Part shown: positions 26,395 to 36,438 of the stretch, one piece after another
Layout of the letters: each line of letters starts with the position of its first letter
Position numbering within the stretch: the stretch's first letter is position 1
Assembly (NCBI GenBank): GCA_046156195.1
Contig: JBJXEX010000429.1
Location: 6,882 to 70,881, forward strand
From: Planctomycetaceae bacterium
GTDB taxonomy: Bacteria > Planctomycetota > Planctomycetia > Planctomycetales > Planctomycetaceae
DNA length: 64,000 nucleotides
Direction of reading: 5' to 3'
Program-made: the position numbers and the translations under genes
The notes under the pieces: model-generated
Told to the model about the DNA's origin: nothing
The model's database searches: none
The model's input: only the letters and a program-made list of their open reading frames with translations

Positions 26395-26756
26395 TCTGAG
26401 CAATTCCTCATCCTTGAGTATCCCCCTCAAGTGGTTTCCGGCGAACAACAGCAAAGCCCAGTCCAGCCGTCAGCCACTTCGAAACTTCGACCAAAAACCT
26501 CCGATCCAACCGTTGACTGACCCTCCGAGGCTGTGATGTTTTGAGTAGCTGAAGTCGTGAGACTTCAGGGATCGCCGAGAAAACTGAACTCTCACGAGTT
26601 CAGCTACCAATGACTTCGCCACATCAGAGACTCAGGCGACGGACTTCTCGGATCGCCTCTCAGAGCACTCCTTTGAAAATCTTGCACGCTCACTCGACCA
26701 ACTTTGCAAAGCGAATTCACAAATCGAATTCACCACAACCACTGGAAGGGAAGGTG

Positions 26757-26828
26757 CCCGACGAATGAAGGGAGACGACGAATGTGTCCAACGACTGTGA
26801 CATTCGTCGTCTCCCTCCATTCGTCGGG
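26757..26828 (-). terminator. 29-bp-stem hairpin 7 nt downstream of the stop of the M50-HlyD gene
   Basis: Arms 26757-26785 (cccgacgaatgaagggagacgacgaatgt) and 26800-26828 (acattcgtcgtctccctccattcgtcggg) pair with one mismatch; the loop is 14 nt. There is no clear U-tract. Confidence 0.5.
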
Positions 26829-26834
26829 CCTCTT

Positions 26835-29117
26835 TCATTCGCCAGAGGTCCACTCCGCCGAAAACGTATGTCGCAGCAGACGCCACAGTCGCGAAGCCAG
26901 TGACAGCGTGCCGCAATCAATTCGAGCTTGCCCCGGTGAATACAGCGCGGTGGCAGATTCATCGGTCATCCGTACACGGACTTCGTAAGAGATTTCAGCG
27001 GGAGTTGCTCCGGCGCTCGAATGCCGCACGGCCGCCAGTTGCGTGACCGTCAGTTCGCGAGGCACGGTTTCCGTCCGCGTCGAGGCCACCTCTTCGACGC
27101 GTCCCTCGCGCACTCGGCCGGGAGCTGATTGGAGCCGCAAGCGAACCGTTTGACCGAGACGCACGAACTCGACCGCGTTCTGATCGACGAGCAACACCGC
27201 ATCTTGCCGCGCCGGATCGCCGACGTAGCAAAACAGAGTTTGCTCATGAACGGTCGCGCCGCGATTGACCGCTTCCAACGGTGTGCCATGCCAGTCGGGC
27301 AACACTTCTTCCGCTGGCGGCGTGCGAGCGAGATTCGGCGGCGGCAGCACGATCCCGTCCGCCGGACTCTTCAGTCGCAGACGTTGCACTTCGTCGCCGA
27401 GTTGTTGCAGTCGTCGCTTGGCACTGACGAGCGCGTCGCGAGTCGTGGGGAGTCGAATCGCCGCCGATTCATTGCTGCCGCGCTGAGCTTCCAACGTCCG
27501 CATCCGAGCGCCCAGCCGTGCAACCTCGGCGGATTGACGTTCGTGCTGCAACAGAACTTCGTGGTTGGAAAGGACTCCGAGAGATTGCCCCGCTTCCACT
27601 CGCGTCCCAGCAGCAAGAGCCGATTCGATCCGGCCCGGCACCGTCACGAACACCGGTTGTGCGTCTCCGGGAAAGACCACGAACGGAGCGCTCACAGAAT
27701 ACGGCAGCGGGATCAGCAGCAACGCGGCGAGCAACACTCCGCACACGGCCAGTCCCTTTCGCAAGCGGTGCGGCGACAGCGTTTGATTCGCATACCGCTG
27801 ACGGATACGCGCGACGAACTCGCGCAGCGGCGCGACCACCGCTCCCACCACCAACGTCACGGACAACCCCGTCGCGATCAGACCGAGTCCGCGGCCGAAG
27901 AAGTGATGCAGAAACCACACGATCCCCACCGTCACGAACAGCCGATAGACCGCAGAAGCCACTCCGTAAACGACCAGCGTCCACCAGCGCTGCGAATCGA
28001 GTTCGATCTCTTCGTCGCTGACTCCCACGACCAATCGTTCGCACAGCGACATCACCGTTTGCCGAGCTTGCATCGCCAAGTTCGGCAGGTTGAGCAAATC
28101 GGCCAGCACATAATAGCCGTCGTAGCGCATGAGCGGATTTCCATTGAACAGCAGCGTGTTGACCGAGCAGACCAGCATCACATTCAAGAACACCGAGTTC
28201 AGCAACCCCGGCACGCTCTGCCACCACAGCAGTGTCGCGACCGACGCCAGCACCAGTTCGACGAAGATGCCCGCCGCCGAAATCGCGATCCGCGGCCAAC
28301 GCCGAGACACCATCCACGCATCCGTCACATCGCCATACAGCAGAGGCACGAACATCAGGACTTGGATTCCCAGCTCATGGCATTCGCCACCGAAATGCCG
28401 GCACGTCAGCACATGCCCGAACTCGTGCAGCAGTTTGATGACGATGAACGCCGCGACCAGCGACAGCAGATTCCCAACGCCGAACAATTCCGTCGCATCG
28501 GGCAGTCGCCGCGCCAGCGTCTCCCAACGAAGCATCACTAGCAGCAACGCCCACACGATCAACGACACGCAGGCGGTCACGAACGCTGGCCGGAAGAGCC
28601 AACTCGTCCAAGGTTCGATGCGCCGCAGCCACGGTTCCGGGTCGATCCCGTGCCAACGAATCGCCAGCACATTCGTCAGCGCGCTCCACTTCGCTCGTTG
28701 TCGAGTTCGCTCCTGCTGCCGCGAGAGTAAGCGGCCTTGTCCCGGTCGCAGCGACGACACCAAACCCGACTGCACCAACGATCCAACGAATGATTTCAGA
28801 TTGTCGATAGACCACGGTTCCGCCGGAAACTTGCGGCGCAGCGATTCGAGCATCTGGCCGTAAGTCACGCGCCCATCCAGCAACGAGAACACGGCATACT
28901 CGGCCTCTCGCAAACGGAAGTAGGCCAGTGACAGCGGATCTTTCAAAGTCCAACCCGCGTCCTCGCCGCCGGCACTCGTGCGAGCAATCAGATCGCGGCG
29001 CATCCGCCACGGGATGATCGCATCAGGGGTTCCGGTGGATGACATGACGGTGAATTGCTGGTTGGACGAGTGAGCCGAACGCGCTAGCGTCGGGCCGGGA
29101 CGGATTAAGCGGTTCAA
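26835..29117 (-). CDS. Fusion protein: N-terminal PqqD/RRE-like domain + polytopic M50 (site-2 protease) domain + C-terminal HlyD-type periplasmic adaptor domain
   Basis: Track ORF, 760 aa (TTG start at 29117; alternative ATG at 29045). N-terminus: WTLKDPLSLAYFRLREAEYAVFSLLDGRVTYGQMLESLRRKFP (PqqD-like). HEFGH is at 28427-28413, inside hydrophobic segments, followed by NPLMRYDGYY. C-terminus: lipoyl-like hairpin, short coiled coil, LKSPADGIV and a beta-barrel-like ...VEFVRLGQTVRLRL..., as in HlyD. Confidence 0.75.
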   Translation of the reverse strand: MNRLIRPGPTLARSAHSSNQQFTVMSSTGTPDAIIPWRMRRDLIARTSAGGEDAGWTLKDPLSLAYFRLREAEYAVFSLLDGRVTYGQMLESLRRKFPAEPWSIDNLKSFVGSLVQSGLVSSLRPGQGRLLSRQQERTRQRAKWSALTNVLAIRWHGIDPEPWLRRIEPWTSWLFRPAFVTACVSLIVWALLLVMLRWETLARRLPDATELFGVGNLLSLVAAFIVIKLLHEFGHVLTCRHFGGECHELGIQVLMFVPLLYGDVTDAWMVSRRWPRIAISAAGIFVELVLASVATLLWWQSVPGLLNSVFLNVMLVCSVNTLLFNGNPLMRYDGYYVLADLLNLPNLAMQARQTVMSLCERLVVGVSDEEIELDSQRWWTLVVYGVASAVYRLFVTVGIVWFLHHFFGRGLGLIATGLSVTLVVGAVVAPLREFVARIRQRYANQTLSPHRLRKGLAVCGVLLAALLLIPLPYSVSAPFVVFPGDAQPVFVTVPGRIESALAAGTRVEAGQSLGVLSNHEVLLQHERQSAEVARLGARMRTLEAQRGSNESAAIRLPTTRDALVSAKRRLQQLGDEVQRLRLKSPADGIVLPPPNLARTPPAEEVLPDWHGTPLEAVNRGATVHEQTLFCYVGDPARQDAVLLVDQNAVEFVRLGQTVRLRLQSAPGRVREGRVEEVASTRTETVPRELTVTQLAAVRHSSAGATPAEISYEVRVRMTDESATALYSPGQARIDCGTLSLASRLWRLLRHTFSAEWTSGE

Positions 29118-29179
29118 AGGCCCGAGGCTAGCGCCGACGGCTCACCGGATTGGTACGTTTTCATCTGCCGCTCGCCCAA

Positions 29180-30304
29180 CTATCGTCCACCGGTCTTTGC
29201 GGCGGCGTTCGTCGCCGTGCGGCTGGTGGGGTCAATGATCATTTCGGCTTGCAGACCGGGACGTAGCGAAAGATCGGGATTCTCGACTTCGGCCCAGACT
29301 CGGACTTGGGCATTGACCGGGTCGATCTCCGGGCTAACGAAGATGATTTTCCCTTTGACGACGATTGGCTTCTCCTCTTCCGATTGTTGCACCAGCACTC
29401 GCACGGCCGCCCCGCGTAGTGAGCCGGTGATGTGCCGGCTATCGACGAAGCCTTCGACCTTCAGCCGATCGAGGCGGACGACTCGCAACACGCGCTGACC
29501 CGGTTCGAGCCACTCGCCGCGATGCCGCAGCGTCTCGACCACGACGCCATCCAGCGGCGAACGAATCTGTCGCCGAGCCAATTGCAATTGTGCCTGTTCG
29601 ACCGCGCGGGCCTTCACGTCGCGAGTCAGCGCATCGACATCCTTTTGCATCTTCGCTTGCTCGACCGCCAGCTTCAGACGCGCGACCATTTGATCTTGTT
29701 CGGTGATGGTCGAGTCTTCAATTTGCTTTTGCATTTGTGCGAGCGACTGCTCGAACTCCGCCTTTTCGATCTCCAACTCGTTTCGTTCCAGGATCAGCCT
29801 CAAGCGGTCCACCTCGGTCAGCGAGACGCTCTTCTCGAACGACTTGCGAGCCTGCACGGCTCGGTCAAATTCCACTTTGGAGGAGTCGCGGGACTTCGTC
29901 GCGTGCCGGACGGCGACATTGTTCTCCGCCTTCATCGTTGCGATGCGCTGGGCGATGCCCGCTTGAGTGCGATCGTGCTCGGCCTCTTTCAACAGAGCTT
30001 CCGCCGTCCGAACCGGCAGCGTGTTCTTGGCTTGCCGATCGGCGATGTCCAAATCCAATTCCGCGCGAGCGACCGCCAGCTTCGAGTCTTCGGCATCCAT
30101 CTGGCCGAGCACCTGTCCGGCTTTGACGAGATCCCCATCGCGAACATCAAGCCGTTCCAGCACACCCGCCTCACGCGCGGGAATCTCGGCTTCATCGAGC
30201 ACTCGGATCAGCGCCGATTGCACTTTGATCGGCTCACCCGCCGAGACTGCCAGCGCGTTCACGGAAATCGCTAAAACGGTCATTAGCAATCGGGCAGTCA
30301 TCAT
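29180..30304 (-). CDS. HlyD-family / membrane-fusion periplasmic adaptor protein
   Basis: Track ORF 29180..30337 starts at GTG. ATG 30304 follows GGAGA and begins the signal-like MMTARLLMTVLAISVNALAVSA. It has a lipoyl-like hairpin (AREAGVLERLDVRDGDLVKAGQVLGQMD), a long coiled coil, IRSPLDGVV and a beta-barrel region. Confidence 0.8.
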   Translation of the reverse strand: MMTARLLMTVLAISVNALAVSAGEPIKVQSALIRVLDEAEIPAREAGVLERLDVRDGDLVKAGQVLGQMDAEDSKLAVARAELDLDIADRQAKNTLPVRTAEALLKEAEHDRTQAGIAQRIATMKAENNVAVRHATKSRDSSKVEFDRAVQARKSFEKSVSLTEVDRLRLILERNELEIEKAEFEQSLAQMQKQIEDSTITEQDQMVARLKLAVEQAKMQKDVDALTRDVKARAVEQAQLQLARRQIRSPLDGVVVETLRHRGEWLEPGQRVLRVVRLDRLKVEGFVDSRHITGSLRGAAVRVLVQQSEEEKPIVVKGKIIFVSPEIDPVNAQVRVWAEVENPDLSLRPGLQAEMIIDPTSRTATNAAAKTGGR

Positions 30305-30325
30305 TGTTCTCCGTACGGTGAAGCC

Positions 30326-30393
30326 GGGGTCAGGCACTTCGGAAATTCGGAATTGGCTGGGGCCAATTTCGAATTTCCGAAATGCCAGACCCC
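30326..30393 (-). terminator. 31-bp imperfect-stem hairpin 7 nt downstream of the lutB stop
   Basis: Arms 30326-30356 (ggggtcaggcacttcggaaattcggaattgg) and 30363-30393 (ccaatttcgaatttccgaaatgccagacccc) pair with 3 mismatches; the loop is 6 nt. It covers the GTG at 30337, which supports ATG 30304 as the real start of the next gene. Confidence 0.5.
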
Positions 30394-30400
30394 TGAGCGG

Positions 30401-31761
<1,361 letters not shown>

Positions 31762-31765
<4 letters not shown>

Positions 31766-32010
31766 CGGAGCCACACATCCCAAATTCGGACAAGACGATC
31801 TGGCTCGCTGACCTCAAAGACAACTGCCAACGGCGAAATGAAAAAGACGCGATCGCCGAAAAATGGGTGTCCCATCAGTTCCGGAGAGTGGCGCAAGATT
31901 TCGTCGAACTGATCCGATGCCGCTTGAACGGCCTCGCGATCTTCGGAGTCCAACCAAATTCGAGCGAGCTTCGCCTCTGCATCGGGACGCCACGTCACCG
32001 TGAATCGCAT
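31762..32010 (-). CDS. ParE/RelE-superfamily-like toxin (small, 82 aa)
   Basis: MRFTVTWRPDAEAKLARIWLDSEDREAVQAASDQFDEILRHSPELMGHPFFGDRVFFISPLAVVFEVSEPDRLVRIWDVWLR. The size and pattern resemble ParE-type toxins (A..L..IW, P..G, PL.V.F.V...DR.V.I). It overlaps the upstream small gene by 16 nt. Confidence 0.5.
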
Positions 32011-32273
32011 GGCTGCCGCTCCAGGCTATCGAGGTATTCGAGCACTTCGGCAAACGTCTTGCCGGGGCGGCCATCATCGGCAGCCTTGAGCTTCGCGATT
32101 CGATCGGGATCGAAGTGGGCCATCGCTTCGGCGTAAATGTGATCTTCCTCGCACAACGAGGTCGCTGCCCGGAAATACCCCAGAAAACGCCCACGCTCGT
32201 CCCGAATCTCCGCGACCACTCGAACGTGTTGAATCTGCTCGGTCAATTCGCTGTTTGCCGTCAACGTCACCAT
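31995..32273 (-). CDS. Putative antitoxin partner (92 aa)
   Basis: ATG 32273 is preceded by GAGGA. The gene sits upstream of, and overlaps, the ParE-like gene. The C-terminal ...DDGRPGKTFAEVLEYLDSLE resembles a small protein family I associate with planctomycetes and cyanobacteria. Confidence 0.45.
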   Translation of the reverse strand: MVTLTANSELTEQIQHVRVVAEIRDERGRFLGYFRAATSLCEEDHIYAEAMAHFDPDRIAKLKAADDGRPGKTFAEVLEYLDSLERQPCDSR

Positions 32274-32381
32274 GATGATCCTCGTTGCCTGGATACGATT
32301 GCCATCGACTCGACGGCTCAGAGTACCTCGTGTTCGACTTGAATGTCACGCTCTTTTAGAGCAACCGGATCCGGGCGGAAC

Positions 32382-33080
32382 TTATGGAGACAGTGTTTTC
32401 AGCATCGTGTCGGCGACGAATTGATTGCCGGCCAGATTCAGATGCACTCGGTCGGAAGTCAGGATGCCTTTCTCGGCGTTGTTTTTGTTGTTGGCCTTCA
32501 GGTGTTCGAGGAACGCCGCTCGCAGATCGCACAGGGGCAGCTTGAGTTCCTTGGCGATCTTGCGGCTGATGTCGGAATACTGATCGAGCTTCGCATCGAG
32601 CGAGTTCGCACCGTCGAGCTTCTCGCCAATCACGCTGGGGGTGCAGATCACGACCGTCGCTCCGGCGTCGCGACACTTGCCGATGACTTCTTTCAAACCG
32701 GACTCGAAGGCGTCGGGCATCGTGCCGCGGGCCGGGTCTTTCTCGCCGTGCCAAACGTCGTTGATGCCGATGTAGATGAAGACGATCGTCGGCTTCTTGG
32801 CGATGACGTCTTTATCAACTCGGCGTTGCAGGTCGGGCACTTTGTTGCCGCTGATGCCCGCTCCCATCACTTCGATCTTGAGATCGGCGTGCTGCTTGTC
32901 GAGCGCTTGCCGAATCATCGTGACGTAGCCGTTCGGCCCAGCTCCCCCTTGAGTGATCGAATCTCCCAAGAACACGATGCGGTCGCCCGCTTTGAGCTTC
33001 ACGGCTGGCTCCTCGGCAAAGCTGATGGCCGGGACGAACAGCAGCCAACTCCACAACAGCAAACTCAAACGGCGTGTCAT
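32382..33080 (-). CDS. Secreted SGNH/GDSL-family hydrolase
   Basis: Signal peptide MTRRLSLLLWSWLLFVPAISFA; block I FLGDSITQGG; GINDVW; block V SDRVHLN. Confidence 0.85.
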   Translation of the reverse strand: MTRRLSLLLWSWLLFVPAISFAEEPAVKLKAGDRIVFLGDSITQGGAGPNGYVTMIRQALDKQHADLKIEVMGAGISGNKVPDLQRRVDKDVIAKKPTIVFIYIGINDVWHGEKDPARGTMPDAFESGLKEVIGKCRDAGATVVICTPSVIGEKLDGANSLDAKLDQYSDISRKIAKELKLPLCDLRAAFLEHLKANNKNNAEKGILTSDRVHLNLAGNQFVADTMLKTLSP

Positions 33081-33128
33081 CTCGCGAACTCCTTCAAAGG
33101 TGATGAATCAAAAACAAGCATCTCGCCC

Positions 33129-33187
33129 GTAGCCACGCTCGCCAGAGCGTGGGTCGCATTGCCCCACGCTCTGGCGAGCGTGGCTAC
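33129..33187 (-). terminator. Perfect 25-bp-stem hairpin
   Basis: gtagccacgctcgccagagcgtggg (33129-33153) pairs with cccacgctctggcgagcgtggctac (33163-33187); the loop is 9 nt. It lies between two same-strand genes. Confidence 0.45.
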
Positions 33188-33190
33188 TGC

Positions 33191-33204
33191 GGGGGGGGGG
33201 GGGG
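33191..33204. repeat. G14 homopolymer (C14 on the coding strand of the flanking genes)
   Basis: Read directly from the sequence: tgc gggggggggggggg cggacgg. Confidence 0.9.
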
Positions 33205-33259
33205 CGGACGGTATCTGTGGTCTTGGAATGTGTCCAGGACTCGGAGTCGAACGTCGGGT

Positions 33260-33332
33260 ATCGTTTAACGGCAAGCCGAAGGCGTAGTCGGATTTGACCA
33301 ACACGGACGCCTTCGGCTTGCCGTTAAACGAT
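33260..33332 (-). terminator. Perfect 26-bp-stem hairpin downstream of gene 33380-34396
   Basis: atcgtttaacggcaagccgaaggcgt (33260-33285) pairs with acgccttcggcttgccgttaaacgat (33307-33332); the loop is 21 nt. Confidence 0.5.
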
Positions 33333-33379
33333 TTCGGAGCAGAGTCCCAATGAGGCAAGCGGGATGGTGACGAAAGTCC

Positions 33380-34396
33380 TCACGGCCGCGTGAACCAGGG
33401 CTTCGTAGTCGAGTCGGACTCGAAGAATTTTTGGAGCAACTGGCCGACCTTGCGTTGCCCCGACGGCGATTGATGCGTGCCGTCCTTGTCGGAGAAGTCT
33501 TCACGTTCGTAAGCGAACCCGTCGGCACGAGGAGTCGAACCGTTTGCCCAGAGATATGGTCCCCAGCTCAGCCACGGCGCTTTGACCGGGCCACGCGCGG
33601 GATCAAAGTTGAGCGACTTGTCGCCGTCGATCTGCTGCTCGATCAGCCATTTGACGGAGAAGGCGGACTCGAAGGCGTAGGGTTCGGGATTCAGGCGGGT
33701 GGTCGCGTAACCGCCGTAGGTGCGGCTCGACAGATACACCAATTTCGCGTTCGGAAACCGCGTGGGGAAAATCTGCACGATACGAGCCAGTTCGGCCTGC
33801 AAGGTCTGAGCGTACTTGGGAAAGCCTTGCGTGGGACCAGCGTCGGCTTGCTTGATCCAAATGACCTGCACTTGCTCGCGCGACACCTGAGCCTCCCGCA
33901 GCCGGTCATCGACGACCTTCCAATACTGTTGGCCGCGTTGACCATCATTCGGGTCTTGGATCGCGGCGGCGGTCATGCCTCCTTGTGCTCCGTTGACGAA
34001 CTGCACGCGCGGGTTCACGTTCGTCGCTTCGCGCAGCTCCTTCCGAAATCCATCGGATGACTGCGACGTGTTGCTCATGCCGACCGACAGCAACACGATC
34101 TTTCCATTCGGGTCCGGCTGGCCCTGCGCGTCGCGCGGTTGCACTTGCTTGGCGAACAGGAGTCCTGCGGCCTCGTGCTCTTTCGGACGTTCGTTGCGAC
34201 CCGCGGGATAGAAGCCACCCTCGAATCCCTGATACTTCTCGTTCCCCAGTTCATTCAGCGGCTTGTGCGACTTCTTGGCCGCAATGTCCAATTCTTTCAA
34301 CGTGCCCCGCTGAATCTCATCCGCGAGCAGCCACGTCGGACAAATTGAGAAGGCCACAACCGCACATCGAACAATTAAGCGTTGAATGTCACTCAT
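33380..34396 (-). CDS. Secreted hypothetical protein, possibly an SGNH-like esterase fold
   Basis: Track ORF 33380..34402 (TTG); ATG at 34396 gives MSDIQRLIVRCAVVAFSICPTWLLA (signal-like). LLSVGMSNT and DKDGTHQSPSG loosely resemble SGNH blocks I and V. Function is uncertain. Confidence 0.6.
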   Translation of the reverse strand: MSDIQRLIVRCAVVAFSICPTWLLADEIQRGTLKELDIAAKKSHKPLNELGNEKYQGFEGGFYPAGRNERPKEHEAAGLLFAKQVQPRDAQGQPDPNGKIVLLSVGMSNTSQSSDGFRKELREATNVNPRVQFVNGAQGGMTAAAIQDPNDGQRGQQYWKVVDDRLREAQVSREQVQVIWIKQADAGPTQGFPKYAQTLQAELARIVQIFPTRFPNAKLVYLSSRTYGGYATTRLNPEPYAFESAFSVKWLIEQQIDGDKSLNFDPARGPVKAPWLSWGPYLWANGSTPRADGFAYEREDFSDKDGTHQSPSGQRKVGQLLQKFFESDSTTKPWFTRP

Positions 34397-34543
34397 TCTC
34401 AAAACTTTCTTGCAGTCATTTCCCGCCCTTCATTTTTCGCCAGCTCTTTCCGAATGATGCCAGAAGAGCTGGCGGAAAATGAAGGGCGAAGAATTCACAT
34501 CCTCAGAGCGTCGCACCACAATTCACGAAATGGGAGACCGATC

Positions 34544-35710
34544 ATGCTGTTCCGCCGACGCATCGCCTTGGCAGGCTTGTTTGCAGTCGCACTGTTTCTT
34601 GGGGTATCGAACCGAGTCGCCGCGTGTCCCTACTGCGGCGTTCCCCAAAAGACGCTCACCGAGGAATTCACCGATGCGGATGCCGTCGTGTTGGCGCAGT
34701 GGAGAGCGGGTCGAGCACCTGCGGGGATGCTCGGCCACACCACCTTCTCGGTCGTCGAGCTTGCGCGCGGTCCCAAGGAGGCTGTGAAGAAAGACGACCA
34801 GATCAAGATCGCGCAGTACCGAGCCGCCAAGAAGGGGGATCTGTTTCTGCTCTTCGGCACGAAAGGCAAAGAGATCGAGTGGAACAATCCGTTGGAAGTC
34901 ACCGAGACGGCTTACCAATACATCGTGCAGGCTCCGTCGCTGAAGACGCCGACTCCCAAGCGGTTGGAATACTTCGTGAAGTTTCTGGAGTCCTCTGACC
35001 AACTCATCTCGAACGACGCCTTCGGAGAGTTCGCGAACGCTCCTTATGAGGACATCGTCCAAGTCAAACAGAAGCTGGACCGCGTGAAGGTCGGCAAGTG
35101 GCTGGCCGATCCAGAGACTTCCCAAACGCGACTCGCGTTGTACGGCTTGCTGCTCGGACTGTGTGGCAATGACGACGATGCGCGTCTGATGCTGGCGAAG
35201 ATCAATCAGCCGAAGACAGAGTATCCCTTGGGTCTCGACGGACTGATCTCCGGCTATTTGGTGCTGGCCGGTGAGAAAGGTTTGGATGCGATTGACCAGA
35301 GCAAGATCAAAAACCAGAAAGCGGAATTCAATGACACCTATGCCGCGCTCCAAGCGCTGCGGTTCATGGAAACTTACGGCAACGGCCGCATCAGCAGGGA
35401 ACGCTTACGGCAATCCCTGCGCGAACTGCTCAACCGGCCCGAACTGGCCGACCTGGTCGTCCGCGATTTGGCCCGCTGGGAAGACTGGTCGGTGCAAGAT
35501 CGGCTGATGCAACTCTATGACAAAGAGGAATACTCGCTGCCGATGACCAAGCGCGCAATCATTGGCTACATGCTCAGGGCCGCGCAGACCAACGCGAAAC
35601 CGGACAACTTGCCCCCCTCGGCCGTGCAGGCCCGAGCCAACCTCGACAAGCTGCGCCGACGAGACCCTCAAAAGGTCGCAGACGCCGAGCGGTCCTTGTT
35701 CGTCGATTGA
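34544..35710 (+). CDS. Secreted or membrane-anchored hypothetical protein with an N-terminal CPYC motif and a helical-repeat C-terminal region
   Basis: Track ORF 34382..35710. ATG 34544 follows GGGAGA and begins MLFRRRIALAGLFAVALFLGVSNRVAACPYCGVPQKTLTEEF. Confidence 0.7.
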   Translation: MLFRRRIALAGLFAVALFLGVSNRVAACPYCGVPQKTLTEEFTDADAVVLAQWRAGRAPAGMLGHTTFSVVELARGPKEAVKKDDQIKIAQYRAAKKGDLFLLFGTKGKEIEWNNPLEVTETAYQYIVQAPSLKTPTPKRLEYFVKFLESSDQLISNDAFGEFANAPYEDIVQVKQKLDRVKVGKWLADPETSQTRLALYGLLLGLCGNDDDARLMLAKINQPKTEYPLGLDGLISGYLVLAGEKGLDAIDQSKIKNQKAEFNDTYAALQALRFMETYGNGRISRERLRQSLRELLNRPELADLVVRDLARWEDWSVQDRLMQLYDKEEYSLPMTKRAIIGYMLRAAQTNAKPDNLPPSAVQARANLDKLRRRDPQKVADAERSLFVD

Positions 35711-35802
35711 CGATTCCTCGGCATCGCTTGCGCTTTTTGAAGTTGCGATCTTTCGAACAAATTCGACCACGACACCAAGAATCAGGCCCGAATTCATTCG
35801 TC

Positions 35803-36438
35803 TCATGCCTTTGACCAGATTCCTTGGATTGGAATCCTTAAAGACAGGTTCGCCGCAGGAATCAAAGGAATCTGGTCAAATGCGACGGCGATCACGCCAA
35901 ACGCCGTCCAGGGAAACCACGGCCAAGGCCACGGCGTTCCATTGTTCGCGACTCCCTTCACGCCCCGTCGCATTGCCGGCAGCAATGTGAAGTTCAGCAG
36001 CGCGGCCACTTGCGGAAACAGAAACACGGTCCAGTTCAGCAGCCGAGTCGCTCGCGGATGCAACTCCGGCGAGCACCACCACGGCATCGCAAAGAACAAC
36101 GCCAGATACAAAACGAACGGCACCGCGTATTCCCAACCGATGCGGATGCGCGATCCCCAAATCACTCCGGCCGAGACCAGCAACAGCAGCAACAACAGAA
36201 TCGACCGAGCGTCCTCCCAGACTCGGCCCAACCGCACAATGCACACGCCGACTCCCGCCAGCAGCAGCGTGTATCCCGCCAACACGCCCATCATCACCCA
36301 GCAGTTGATGGCCCCGATCTGCAATTCTCCGTACCCCGCCCGCACGGCATACAGCATGAGCGCCGCGCTGATGGCATAAAACGGATTGTGCGTGTACAGC
36401 CAACGCACCAACGACGATCGCCGACTTGGCTCTGACAC
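35803..36438 (-). CDS. Polytopic membrane protein (hypothetical; possibly truncated)
   Basis: Track ORF 35803..36609. Hydrophobic helices run from WLYTHNPFYAISAALMLYAV onward. GTG 36438 is preceded by GGGAGA at a 6-nt spacing, and the upstream part of the ORF is Arg/Ser-rich. The start is uncertain. Confidence 0.5.
   Translation of the reverse strand: MSEPSRRSSLVRWLYTHNPFYAISAALMLYAVRAGYGELQIGAINCWVMMGVLAGYTLLLAGVGVCIVRLGRVWEDARSILLLLLLLVSAGVIWGSRIRIGWEYAVPFVLYLALFFAMPWWCSPELHPRATRLLNWTVFLFPQVAALLNFTLLPAMRRGVKGVANNGTPWPWPWFPWTAFGVIAVAFDQIPLIPAANLSLRIPIQGIWSKA

Noticed and set aside
26521-26620. Nested short hairpins (ctgaagtc-gtga-gacttcag, gaactc-tcac-gagttc, outer gtagctgaa/ttcagctac) between the M50-HlyD operon and the HExxH gene.
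   Set aside because: They are real inverted repeats, but the stems are short (6-9 bp). I could not decide on a single structure, so I did not list them as a feature.
27129-28541. Plus-strand ORF of 470 aa, plus the nested ORFs 27469-28317, 28129-28863 and 28375-29010.
   Set aside because: They are antisense or alternative frames of the M50-HlyD gene, with R/H/Q-rich junk composition.
32343-33287. Plus-strand ORF of 314 aa.
   Set aside because: It is antisense to the well-supported SGNH hydrolase gene and runs through the intergenic hairpins.
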